Origin: Candidatus Latescibacterota bacterium
Lineage (GTDB): Bacteria; Latescibacterota; UBA2968; UBA8231
DNA: 64,000 nucleotides
Direction: 5' to 3'
Assembly (NCBI GenBank): GCA_965261395.1
Contig: OZ253462.1
Span: 2,848,001 to 2,912,000, forward strand
The notes under the pieces are model-generated. The model was not told the DNA's origin. It saw only the letters and a list, made by a program, of their open reading frames with translations, and searched no databases. Positions within the stretch are counted from its first letter, which is position 1, and each line of letters begins with the position of its first letter. Shown in pieces: positions 38,537 through 48,364 of the stretch. The position numbers and the translations under genes are program-made.

Positions 38537-39769
38537 TTAATGTAGTGCGTTCTGATAGATGCGGGCCGCGTCGTTTGGTTCCACTGCGACCGGATTGGGT
38601 TCGAGCAAGCGCTGGACGCTCAGGGCGCTTTCGACCATCTGCGGAATGTCGGCGGCGCTTATCCCGGCCGCGCTCAGCGAGCCGTATGGAGTGTGCTGCC
38701 GCCGCAGCCCGTCGATCCACTCCGCCGCCAACTCGACTCCCTCCTCGCGGCTCTTGCCACCCAGCGCCAGTCCGGCAGCTCCGGCGGTAAAGTAATACTT
38801 GTCGGCCACGGCCGGGGCGTTGTGCCGCATCACCCCAGGTAAGACGAGGGCCACAGCCGCGCCGTGGGGCACGGGTGCGCCGCGCTCAAAGGAGACCTTC
38901 TCAATCCCGTAGCCGAGCGCGTGGCCGGCTCCGGTGTTGATGGGGCTCAACAGCAACCCAGCGAGCAGGGCACAGCGCGCCATTTGATAGCGCGCGTCTG
39001 GATCGCCGTGGACTACGGCTTGCACGTACGCCGGGCAGCCTGCGGTCAGGGCCGCCCGCGCCACGGCGTCGCCGATGGCATTGCTCTTGGTGGAGGCCGT
39101 GCATTCGAGGGCGTGGCCGAGGGCATCTAAGCCGGTGATCGCGGTCAATATCGGCGGCAGGTCTTGGTGCAAACGCGGGTCCACCAGCGCGGCCTTGGGT
39201 TGTAAGTAGCTGCTGTACACGGCTTTCTTGCCGGTTGCATCGGCGATCACTGCCACTCGGCTGACCTCGCTGCCCGTGCCCGCTGTCGTCGGGATGCCGA
39301 CGAGCGGGGCCAGTGGTGGCTTTTCGTACAGGTCAAAGCCAAAGTAATCGCCTACGGAGCCGCCACTGGCAGCGGTGCAGAGCGCGGCCTTGGCCGTGTC
39401 CATGGTGCTGCCCCCACCCAAGGCGACGGCCACGTCGAAATCCGTGGCTGCCAGGGCGTGCGCGCAGGCATCGACGCTTTGCACCGAGGGGTTGGGCGCA
39501 ATCTCGCTGTACGTGCCGACCACGTCTAAGCCATCGAGGGCTTGGCGGACTAAATCGACGAGGGGGGCAATGCCCGGATCGTGGATTAGCAGCACCCGGC
39601 CCGCGCCGAGGCGGACGCACTCGGCGGCTAGCTGCGCTAGGGCACCCGCCCCGAATACGACCCGCCGGTCGCGGAATTCAAACAGCTCTGCTAGCGCTGC
39701 ACGCCGACTTGCTGTGGCAAAATAGGCGCTGCTGGATAGCAGTTCCTCGTTGATCTGCACGCTGCCCAT
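38537..39769 (-). CDS. Iron-containing alcohol dehydrogenase
   Basis: GGGSTMD, PTTAGTGSE, DALGHALE and HG motifs; start after GGAG. Confidence 0.9.
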   Translation of the reverse strand: MGSVQINEELLSSSAYFATASRRAALAELFEFRDRRVVFGAGALAQLAAECVRLGAGRVLLIHDPGIAPLVDLVRQALDGLDVVGTYSEIAPNPSVQSVDACAHALAATDFDVAVALGGGSTMDTAKAALCTAASGGSVGDYFGFDLYEKPPLAPLVGIPTTAGTGSEVSRVAVIADATGKKAVYSSYLQPKAALVDPRLHQDLPPILTAITGLDALGHALECTASTKSNAIGDAVARAALTAGCPAYVQAVVHGDPDARYQMARCALLAGLLLSPINTGAGHALGYGIEKVSFERGAPVPHGAAVALVLPGVMRHNAPAVADKYYFTAGAAGLALGGKSREEGVELAAEWIDGLRRQHTPYGSLSAAGISAADIPQMVESALSVQRLLEPNPVAVEPNDAARIYQNALH

Positions 39770-39874
39770 TGTGGCTTTTCTCCATGTATTGACGCGGCGA
39801 ACCGAGCCTTGTTTCGCGCGGGGGATTTGTGCAATATATACACGGAACCGCAGCCCTACAAAAACGGAGCCGCC

Positions 39875-40636
39875 ATGACCCAAGACGCCGCCCAGATTTA
39901 TGCCGAGCAGGGCTTTCTCACGGGCCTCGACCTGTTTAGCGCCAGAGAGATCGATCACTTCCGCGCCTGCTTCGACGAGTTAGAAGCTCGCGAGGGCCGA
40001 GAAAAGTGCCAGATCGGCCTTCAGGCCCGCCATCTCAACGAAGAATTCATCTGGCAGATGGCCACGGACTCGCGCGTCCTCGACGCCATGCAGGAGGTCA
40101 TGGGCGTGGATATTATGCTGCTCTCGACGCACTTCTTCTGCAAATATCCCGACCCAGAGGCCAAGCACTTTGTCGCTTGGCATCAAGACGTCACCTACTG
40201 GGGATTGCAGCCGCCCGAGGCCCACACCGCTTGGGTGGCCGTGGATGCCAGCGACGTGGAGAATGGCTGTATGCGGGTCATCCCCGGTTCGCACAAAAAC
40301 GGCATTGCCACCCACGGCGAGTCGGCCAAAGCCGGCAACCTGCTCAGCATTAATCAGGAGATCCCCGACGAGTTTGTCGATGACAGCCAAGCCGTTGATC
40401 TAGTGCTCGCACCGGGCCAGATATCCATCCACGACGGTCAGACATTCCACGCCAGCAACCCCAATACCTCCAATCGCCGCCGCTGCGGGCTGACGCTGCG
40501 CTACATCGCCCCGCACGTCGAGCAGGTCGAGCTCAACTCGCTGGGCAACAGGTATCCGACCATTTTGGTGCGCGGCGAGGACCGCTACGGCAACTTTCCC
40601 GAGCAGTCCGTGCCCTTTGCCCTCGCTTCTCGATAA
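39875..40636 (+). CDS. PhyH-family dioxygenase
   Basis: WHQD, IPGSH and HASNPN...RR motifs. Confidence 0.9.
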   Translation: MTQDAAQIYAEQGFLTGLDLFSAREIDHFRACFDELEAREGREKCQIGLQARHLNEEFIWQMATDSRVLDAMQEVMGVDIMLLSTHFFCKYPDPEAKHFVAWHQDVTYWGLQPPEAHTAWVAVDASDVENGCMRVIPGSHKNGIATHGESAKAGNLLSINQEIPDEFVDDSQAVDLVLAPGQISIHDGQTFHASNPNTSNRRRCGLTLRYIAPHVEQVELNSLGNRYPTILVRGEDRYGNFPEQSVPFALASR

Positions 40637-40672
40637 TAGTACAGTCCCGCTATACACTTAAAAGGAGACACA

Positions 40673-41356
40673 ATGGCCCAGTACGACCGGATGGCCGTCC
40701 TCAACGCCATCTACGACACGGGTATCGTCCCGGTCTTTTACAACGCCGACCCAGAAACCACCATTCACATCGTCGAAGCCTGCGCCCGAGGGGGTGCCCG
40801 CTGCGCTGAATTCACCAATCGCGGCGATTTGGCCTACCACGTTTTCACCGAGACCGTGCGCCACGTGATGGCCGAGAAAATCGACATCATCATGGGCGTC
40901 GGCTCGATCTGCGACGCGCCCACCGCCGCCCTCTATATTGCCAACGGCGCGAACTTTGTCGTCGGCCCCTTGCTCAACGAAGAGGTCGCCCGCCTGTGCA
41001 ATCGCCGCAAAATTGCCTATTCGCCCGGCTGCGGCTCGGTCAGCGAGATTGGCCAAGCCGAAGAGCTAGGCGTCGAGATCGTCAAGGTGTTCCCCGGCAG
41101 CGAAGTCGGCGGTCCAGCCTTCGTCAAATCCGTGCTCGGCCCCTGTCCTTGGACCCGCATCATGCCCACCGGCGGCGTCGATGCCACCCGCGAGAGCCTA
41201 GAGGCATGGTTTGAGGCTGGTGTTGCGGCCGTCGGTGCCGGCTCCAAGCTGATTACCAAGGAACTCGTCGCCGCCAAGGACTGGGATGGGTTGGCCGCCA
41301 AGGTCCGCCAGAGCGTCGATTGGATTCGGGAGATCCGCGCTGGGATGGCGGGCTAG
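40673..41356 (+). CDS. eda: KDPG/KHG aldolase
   Basis: EFTNR, GANFVVGP, VKVFP and MPTGGV motifs. Confidence 0.9.
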   Translation: MAQYDRMAVLNAIYDTGIVPVFYNADPETTIHIVEACARGGARCAEFTNRGDLAYHVFTETVRHVMAEKIDIIMGVGSICDAPTAALYIANGANFVVGPLLNEEVARLCNRRKIAYSPGCGSVSEIGQAEELGVEIVKVFPGSEVGGPAFVKSVLGPCPWTRIMPTGGVDATRESLEAWFEAGVAAVGAGSKLITKELVAAKDWDGLAAKVRQSVDWIREIRAGMAG

Positions 41357-41450
41357 CTCGGGTCCATTGGCACTGTACCGGCCAATAGCATCCTGTACTT
41401 AGCGATTTGAAAAACTGAGACATCTGCTCGTTGGTTCAAAGGACCTCGCC

Positions 41451-42248
41451 ATGACCTTGACGCAAGCGCAAAAAACCCACTTTGAGGAACAGGGCTACCT
41501 GCCTTATCACCGGATCCTCTCCGACGGCGAATTACAGGCCCTGCGCCAGCGCAGCGAGCAGATCGCCCGGGGCCAAGCCGACCACGTGCCGCCGCGCTAC
41601 GTCCAGTTGGAAGCCGCCTTCCGCGAGGGAGACGGTACCGGGGTCGATCACCTTGATCAGGTACGCAAAATGACTCACTTGTGCTATTTCGACCCTCTCT
41701 TTGAGGCCGTGGCTCGCAAGGCGGCCATTGTCGATGTCATCGAGGATTTGCTCGGTCCCAACATCAAACTCTACTGCGACCAGTTGATGATGAAGGCGCG
41801 CTATCACGGCACGGTCACTGACTGGCACCAGGATTCAGTGGCTTGGCCGCAGTTTGCGCCGCAAGATCACGTCTCCTGCTGGGTCGCCCTCGACGACGCC
41901 ACCGTGGAAAATGGCTGCATGACCGTGCTGCCGGGCAGCCATAAGTGGGGGCCTATCAATTCGGCGCACAAAGCTCGCTTCCTGGACAATCCCCTGATTC
42001 CCGAGCCCGAGCCAGTGGAATTGCCGGCTGGTTCCTGCTTGTTCCACCACGGCCTCAACTTCCACCGCACGGGTGCCAATCCCACCCCCAACCGGCGGCG
42101 CGGCCTAGCCCTGCACTATCTCCGCTCGGAGACCCTGTATATCGGTGTTGAAGGCGAGGAACATCGCCTGATGACCGAGTGCGAAAAGCCGCGCGGCGAA
42201 TTTCGCTTTATGTTGATCCGGGGACGTGAATTCGACGGTCGGGTGTAG
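41451..42248 (+). CDS. PhyH-family dioxygenase
   Basis: WHQD, LPGSH and HRTGAN...RR motifs. Confidence 0.9.
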   Translation: MTLTQAQKTHFEEQGYLPYHRILSDGELQALRQRSEQIARGQADHVPPRYVQLEAAFREGDGTGVDHLDQVRKMTHLCYFDPLFEAVARKAAIVDVIEDLLGPNIKLYCDQLMMKARYHGTVTDWHQDSVAWPQFAPQDHVSCWVALDDATVENGCMTVLPGSHKWGPINSAHKARFLDNPLIPEPEPVELPAGSCLFHHGLNFHRTGANPTPNRRRGLALHYLRSETLYIGVEGEEHRLMTECEKPRGEFRFMLIRGREFDGRV

Positions 42249-42384
42249 CTATGGCTCTATTCCTCCTAGGCGGTTGGCTACAAGCCGCGTATTGCCGAAG
42301 GTAGCTCCGACGAGAATCCCCCGGCAGAGTTAATCCGCAGAGTGCTGGCGGTCCAGTGCGAGATCACAGCTTAGATCCTGACAG

Positions 42385-44130
42385 ATGCTGACCAAACTTA
42401 CCATCCGCAACTTCAAACGCTTCGACAAGGTCGAGATCGAACTCGGGAGTCCAGTGGTCTTCATCGGCCCTAACAACTCCGGGAAGACCTCGGCCATGCA
42501 AGCGCTCGCTCTCTGGGACCTCGGCCTCAAGCGCTGGAACGAGAAGCGATCCGGGAAGAGTACACCCGAGAAGCGCCCCGGAGTCACCGTCAACCGCCGC
42601 GACCTCGTGGCCATTCCGATTCCAGACGCGAACCTCCTGTGGCGCGGTCTGCACGTGCGAGACGTGCGCAGAGTCGATGGCCAGCAGCGCACCAGCAACA
42701 TCCGCATTGATCTCATCGTCGAAGGTGTGACCAATGACCAAAGCTGGACGTGTGGACTGGAGTTTGACTACGCCAACGACGAGTCCTTCTACTGCCGGCC
42801 GCTTCGCCGGTCCGACGGCAAGACCCCCGATCGCATGCCGGTGCCGGACGCAGCGGGAAGCGTCCAGATCGCTTTCCTGCCGCCGATGTCCGGGCTTGCG
42901 GCTACGGAAACACGTCTCGATGACGGTGCCGTCAATGTTCGGATCGGGGAAGGACGTACCGCCGAAGTGTTGCGCAACCTCTGCTTTCGGATTTGCGAAG
43001 GACAGCCGTCCTTGTGGAACAAACTCGTTAAGCAGATTGAGAGCCTGTTCGGATCGAAACTCCGTCCGCCACGCTACATTGCCGAACGCGGCGAGATCGC
43101 AATGACCTATCACGAGCAGGGTGCTGAACTCGATTTGTCGTCCGCTGGGCGCGGTCTGCAGCAGACGCTGCTCCTCCTTGCATATATGTACGCGAATCCC
43201 GGGACCGTCTTGCTCCTAGACGAACCTGACGCGCACCTAGAGATACTTCGCCAGCGCCAGATATACCGCCTGCTCACCGATGTGGCGCGTGCCAGCGGCA
43301 GCCAGATCATCGCCGCCAGCCACTCCGAAGTGCTGCTCAACGAAGCCGCGGACCGGGACTTGGTCGTTGCCTTCGTCGGACAGCCGCACCGCATCAACGA
43401 CCGCGGCAGTCAGGTCTTGAAGGCGCTCAGGGAGATCGGATTCGACCAGTATTACCAAGCGGAACAGACCGGCTGGGTGCTCTATCTAGAGGGTTCAACG
43501 GATCTAGCGATAATGCAAGCTTTTGCTAGACGGCTCAGACACGAACGTGCGATCGAGGTGCTTGGGCGGCCATTCGTGAAATACGTGGGGAATCAACTCA
43601 CAGCAGTTCAGAACCACTACTACGGCCTGCGGGAAGCTCTTCCCGCGCTTCGCGGAGTCGTCCTTTTTGATCGCCTCGAATCAGGGCCACTCGATATCTC
43701 CCCGGTCGAGTGTCTGATCTGGAAACACCGAGAGATTGAGAACTACGTCTGCTCGCGGGCCACACTCGAAGAGTACGCGTCTGCATCGGCGTCGTCGTCG
43801 GAGGATGCTGCGTCGGGACCACTGTTCGCGGTGGCCGAAGTAGAGAAGCGTCAGAACGCGATGGGCCAAGCCATTAAGGAAGTAGAGTCGGCCTTAAAGA
43901 CGCTTGGCAAGGGATCTCCTTGGAGTGCCGACATCAAAGCCAGCGATGATTTTCTGATCCCGCTCTTCAAGTCCTACTTCGAGGCGCTCGGCTTACCCAA
44001 TCTGATGGCCAAGAAAAATTTCTACGAGTTGGCTGAGCACGTCCCCGACAGCGAGATTAATCCCGAGATTAGCGAGAAACTGGACGCGATCGTGCGGGTC
44101 GCGGAGCGCGCGACGCCTGCGGAAGAATAG
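42385..44130 (+). CDS. ABC-type ATPase (AAA_15/AAA_21) with TOPRIM-like C-terminus (OLD-like nuclease)
   Basis: IRNFK, GPNNSGKT, LLLDEPDAHL, SHS, YLEGSTD and EIENY motifs. Confidence 0.8.
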   Translation: MLTKLTIRNFKRFDKVEIELGSPVVFIGPNNSGKTSAMQALALWDLGLKRWNEKRSGKSTPEKRPGVTVNRRDLVAIPIPDANLLWRGLHVRDVRRVDGQQRTSNIRIDLIVEGVTNDQSWTCGLEFDYANDESFYCRPLRRSDGKTPDRMPVPDAAGSVQIAFLPPMSGLAATETRLDDGAVNVRIGEGRTAEVLRNLCFRICEGQPSLWNKLVKQIESLFGSKLRPPRYIAERGEIAMTYHEQGAELDLSSAGRGLQQTLLLLAYMYANPGTVLLLDEPDAHLEILRQRQIYRLLTDVARASGSQIIAASHSEVLLNEAADRDLVVAFVGQPHRINDRGSQVLKALREIGFDQYYQAEQTGWVLYLEGSTDLAIMQAFARRLRHERAIEVLGRPFVKYVGNQLTAVQNHYYGLREALPALRGVVLFDRLESGPLDISPVECLIWKHREIENYVCSRATLEEYASASASSSEDAASGPLFAVAEVEKRQNAMGQAIKEVESALKTLGKGSPWSADIKASDDFLIPLFKSYFEALGLPNLMAKKNFYELAEHVPDSEINPEISEKLDAIVRVAERATPAEE

Positions 44131-44359
44131 GATTGATCCTCAACGCTCTCCGTCTCGCCAACTTCAAAGCCTACCAATTACATAGACGGTTTAGCATCCC
44201 GAGAGAATTTCGTCGTTTTATTTTGTCAGAAATCGGCGATATTCAAGCCTTGCTGCTTGGTGGGTCGGGAAGCGGCGTGGTGATTGCGAGAGGATTGGCT
44301 ATTGTATAGTATAAAACTGATTAAAGTAGTATATGCTCGATCAATGGAGGGAGATCGAC

Positions 44360-45745
44360 ATGGTTAGAAATTTGAGGGGCAACGCATTGCGGGTGGGCGG
44401 ATTTATTGTGGCCGGTGGCCTCCTAATGGGGGCGACCGGGGCCTATGCCGCGAGCGGCGAAGAACTGCAATTCATCCTCAACACCTTCTCGTTTCTTATC
44501 TGGGGCGCGCTCGTAATGTGGATGTGCGCGGGCTTTACCATGCTCGAAGCCGGCTCCGTGCGCACCAAGAATGCCTCCATGATCTGCCTCAAGAACATCG
44601 GACTTTATTCGATTGCCGGGATCACCTACTACTTGGTCGGCTACAACCTCATGTACGTCGATGTGCAGGAAGGCTGGGTCGGCACCCTCAAGTTTTTATA
44701 CGGGCCTTCGGGCGATGAACTCAAGCTATTGTCCGGGCAGGCGGCGGCCGCGGCAGAAGTGACAAAGGCCGGCCACGCCACCATGTCGGATTGGTTTTTT
44801 CAGATGGTCTTTGTGGCGACGACCGCTTCTATTGTGTCGGGTACGCTGGCCGAGCGGGTGAATCTATGGGCGTTTTTTGCTTTTACAGCCGTGTTGACGA
44901 TAATCATCTATCCCATCGTCGGGGCTTGGACTTGGGGCGGTGGCTGGCTCAGTGCAATGGGGTTTAAGGATTTCGCCGGCTCTACCATCGTGCATTCGAC
45001 CGGAGGTTGGGCCGCGCTCGCCGGCGCGCTCGTCGTTGGGGCGCGGTTCGGAAAATTTCGCGCCGACGGCAGCATCAAGCCCACGCCGCCTTCTAACGTC
45101 CCAGCCGTTACTTTGGGCGTCTTCATTTTGTGGCTTGGATGGTTTGGCTTCAACGGCGGCTCGCAGCTCGCGCTGTCGGGCGCAGCCGATGCAGTCGCCA
45201 TGAGCAATGTGCTGGTGAATACCAACCTTGCGGCGGCGGCCGGCGTCATGGCTGCGCTCTTCTTATCGCGGCCCCTCCTCGGGCGCATCGATTTGCTCGC
45301 CGTCCTCAACGGCGCGCTCGCCGGCCTCGTCTCTATTACAGCCGGGCCAGATATCGTCGATCACTACTGGGCGCTCGTAATTGGTGCCGTGGGCAGCGTG
45401 TTGTGCGTCGGCGGGATGAGATTGTTGGAGGTTCTTAAGATAGACGACATTGTAGGCGCGATCCCGGTCCACTTGTTCGCCGGCATCTGGGGCACCCTTG
45501 CAGTCTGCATTGCAGCCGGTGGCAACTTCGGCGTCCAACTCATCGGGGTGTTGGCAGTGGGGGCGTTCGCGTTTGCGGCTTCGTGGCTCTCGTGGTTCGT
45601 TCTGGGCAAGATAATGGAGGTGCGGGTGTCACAGATCGTTGAAGAGCTCGGCCAGGATACTGCAGAGCTCGGAATCGAAGCGTACCCCGAGTTTGTGCTC
45701 ATGCCCGATCAGGATGACGTTGACCAGGTTCGGGGTAATTCTTAA
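44360..45745 (+). CDS. amtB: Ammonium transporter
   Basis: FQMVF, DFAGSTIVH, GWFGFNGGS and PVH (twin His); GGAGG RBS before ATG at 44360. Confidence 0.95.
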   Translation: MVRNLRGNALRVGGFIVAGGLLMGATGAYAASGEELQFILNTFSFLIWGALVMWMCAGFTMLEAGSVRTKNASMICLKNIGLYSIAGITYYLVGYNLMYVDVQEGWVGTLKFLYGPSGDELKLLSGQAAAAAEVTKAGHATMSDWFFQMVFVATTASIVSGTLAERVNLWAFFAFTAVLTIIIYPIVGAWTWGGGWLSAMGFKDFAGSTIVHSTGGWAALAGALVVGARFGKFRADGSIKPTPPSNVPAVTLGVFILWLGWFGFNGGSQLALSGAADAVAMSNVLVNTNLAAAAGVMAALFLSRPLLGRIDLLAVLNGALAGLVSITAGPDIVDHYWALVIGAVGSVLCVGGMRLLEVLKIDDIVGAIPVHLFAGIWGTLAVCIAAGGNFGVQLIGVLAVGAFAFAASWLSWFVLGKIMEVRVSQIVEELGQDTAELGIEAYPEFVLMPDQDDVDQVRGNS

Positions 45746-45790
45746 ATCAAATAAAAACGGTGCATACCATTTAGAAAGGTAGGAGATCAA

Positions 45791-46120
45791 GTGAACACCG
45801 AACGGAAGGACGGCGTATTAATCGCCAAGCCCGAAGGTCGCATTGATGGAGTCAATGCCCGCGACTTCCACGATGCCTTAAGCGAGGCGATCGGCGCGGA
45901 CAGCAACCCGGTGCTCGTCGATTTGGCGGCCATCAACTACATCAGCAGCGCGGGCCTGCGGACGTTCCTGCTGATTGCCAAAACGCTCCAGCAGCGCAGT
46001 GCTCAGTTCGCGCTATGCTCGCTTTCGGAGCCGATACGGGAAATCTTCGAAATCAGCGGTTTTGACAAGATCATTGCGATCCACGCCTCCGAAGAAGAGG
46101 CACTCGCCGCACTGTCGTAA
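45791..46120 (+). CDS. STAS anti-anti-sigma factor (RsbV/SpoIIAA-like)
   Basis: DLAAINYISSAGLR with the phospho-acceptor Ser. Confidence 0.9.
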   Translation: MNTERKDGVLIAKPEGRIDGVNARDFHDALSEAIGADSNPVLVDLAAINYISSAGLRTFLLIAKTLQQRSAQFALCSLSEPIREIFEISGFDKIIAIHASEEEALAALS

Positions 46121-48364
46121 TTAAACGGAAGAGTCTGGATCGGCTTCGGCCGATTGCAAGGCCGTCGGCCGCACCGTAGGCAGCTCGATGGTCATCTCGG
46201 TAAATTCTCCAGGCTCGGAGTGGACCTTGATGGTGCCCCCGTGTTCGCGCACGATGTCGTTGGATAGCGCGAGCCCGAGCCCGGTCCCCTGATCGGTTGG
46301 CTTAGTCGTAAAGAACGGGTTGAAGATCTTGTCGACGACATCCGGCGGGATTCCTTTCCCATTGTCGCGGATGCGGATTTCGGCTTGGTCGGGCATTCGC
46401 CGGGTGCTGATCCAGAGCGTGGGTTCGTAGTCGGATGCCGTCTCTGGAGCCTGTCGCTTTTCGTTGGTGGCGTAGCAGGCATTGCTCACCATGTTCAGAA
46501 AGACGCGAGCCAAGTCCTGGGGGATCACTTCTAACTCCCCCATCTCCTCATCTAAATCTTCCTTGATATCAAGCTGAAAATCTGCATTGGTCGCTCGGGC
46601 GCTGTGGAAAGCGAGGCGGGCGTGTTCTTCGAGCAGGTCGTTGATATCCGCGGGTCGTGCCTCGCCCGACCCCCGACCCATCTGCAGCATGTCGCGGACA
46701 ATGCGGTTGGCGCGCTCGCCGTGTTGGCGGATGCGCCCGAGATTGTCGGTCAAGTCGCCGTTGATTTCGTTGATTAGCTCGCGCTGCTCCTCGTTTAGCG
46801 TCTGGCCGTCTTGCTCTAGTACCTCTTGTAGCTCCTCTAACAGTTCCTCCGAGACTTCCGCGAAGTTCTTGACGAAGTTCAAAGGATTCTGGATTTCGTG
46901 CGCCACGCCCGCGGTGAGCTCGCCCAGGGCGGCTAGTTTTTCGCGCATGACGATCTGATCCTGCGCTAGCTGCAGATCGGCGAGCACCTTTTCGAGCGTG
47001 GCATTTTTCTCTTCCAAATCGGCGGCCAGTTTTTCCACCAAGTTGAGCCGCTGGGCCTCCAAAGAGTTGCGGCGAAAGATTTCGAGGGCCGCGGCCATGT
47101 CGGCAACCTCGTCGCGCCCGGGCATCTCGATCTTCGCCTCTAGGTCGCCTCCCGCCATGCGGCGCATGCGGTTCGACAGAAATTCGAGGCGGCGTAGTAA
47201 CACCCGGCCGACCAACAGCCAAGCGATCAGGACCGCTCCGGCGATGCCGACCGCGTTAATAGCGAGCAGGAGCTTGCGGCCGGTGAAGATGGCTTGGGTG
47301 GAGGTTTGCGTGGCCTCCTGCGCGCTGGCTCGGGCCGTATTCACTAGGCCCTCGACCTCGGCGACTAGCTCAATGGACAAATCGCGATTGTGGTCGAGTA
47401 GTGCTCGTTGCTGTTCGACAATCTGGAGCTCCAAGGCGCGCAGAGCGAAGATCTTCTCGTCCCCACGACCCAAGTCGAACAGGCGGTCAAAGGTCGGGTC
47501 GAGCTCGCTATGCAAGTAGGCGCGCTCGATGCGGAAGCCAACTTTGGGCATCTGGCGGTCAAAGGTCGGGTCGAGCGTGCTGTGCAAGGGGCCTGAGCCG
47601 AGCGCGGCGAGTTTTCGTTCGATGCCGTCGACTGTGGAGTCGAAGCGCTCCTGTAAAGGCTCTAGCAGGCGCGCGTCCGACAGGTTGAAGACATTGGTCA
47701 GCAGGCGCGTGGCCGTAGTGGTCCCTTCCTGCAACTCGGCTAGATCGCGATAGAGAGAAAGTTCGGCCTCTGAAAGGTGCTGGGCGCGGGGTGCGGGCGG
47801 TTCGCCGAGGGTGCGGTAGCCGGTCATTGCGTAGAATAGTTGATCGTCGATGGCCGGAATCAAGATGCCGATCAGTTCGTTTTGCAGTGCTTCTAGGTTG
47901 TTGTACAATACGCGGCTGCGCGCGTTGAGGTCAAAGCGCTTGGACACCGAAGCCTCAATCGCGTTGATGTTGGCGATGAGGGTGTCGCCGCGAGCGCGAA
48001 TCCGCACAAAGCGTTCCTCGGCTGCGCCCTGCTGGGTCAGGGCCGACAATTGCTTTTTAAAGTCATCCCGCTCGGCGGCGACTTTGGCGGCGACCTCGGC
48101 AAAGGCCATCGGCGTCTCGGCCGCGACCAAGCGCGGGGCTGCCGCGGCGAGGGTGCCGCTTTGCTGGGCGACCGCAAAAGCGGTGGCGATCTCTGGTACG
48201 GCCCGCTCGTTTACCTGCCTTTGGGCATCGCCGACTTGGTCGAAGGAAAACCAAGCCACCAAACTCGCGACCATGGTGAGGGCCACGGCCGTGCCGATGC
48301 CCATGTAGAGATGAAAGGCGATGCGGTGACGAGCTGCGAGCGCGCGTTTTAGCAGGGAGATCAC
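46121..48364 (-). CDS. Membrane sensor histidine kinase (TorS-like periplasmic helical domain, HAMP, HisKA, HATPase)
   Basis: Two TMs, HAMP (DEVADMA), AHEIQNPL, DNGKGIP and FFTTK...GTGLGL. Confidence 0.9.
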   Translation of the reverse strand: MISLLKRALAARHRIAFHLYMGIGTAVALTMVASLVAWFSFDQVGDAQRQVNERAVPEIATAFAVAQQSGTLAAAAPRLVAAETPMAFAEVAAKVAAERDDFKKQLSALTQQGAAEERFVRIRARGDTLIANINAIEASVSKRFDLNARSRVLYNNLEALQNELIGILIPAIDDQLFYAMTGYRTLGEPPAPRAQHLSEAELSLYRDLAELQEGTTTATRLLTNVFNLSDARLLEPLQERFDSTVDGIERKLAALGSGPLHSTLDPTFDRQMPKVGFRIERAYLHSELDPTFDRLFDLGRGDEKIFALRALELQIVEQQRALLDHNRDLSIELVAEVEGLVNTARASAQEATQTSTQAIFTGRKLLLAINAVGIAGAVLIAWLLVGRVLLRRLEFLSNRMRRMAGGDLEAKIEMPGRDEVADMAAALEIFRRNSLEAQRLNLVEKLAADLEEKNATLEKVLADLQLAQDQIVMREKLAALGELTAGVAHEIQNPLNFVKNFAEVSEELLEELQEVLEQDGQTLNEEQRELINEINGDLTDNLGRIRQHGERANRIVRDMLQMGRGSGEARPADINDLLEEHARLAFHSARATNADFQLDIKEDLDEEMGELEVIPQDLARVFLNMVSNACYATNEKRQAPETASDYEPTLWISTRRMPDQAEIRIRDNGKGIPPDVVDKIFNPFFTTKPTDQGTGLGLALSNDIVREHGGTIKVHSEPGEFTEMTIELPTVRPTALQSAEADPDSSV

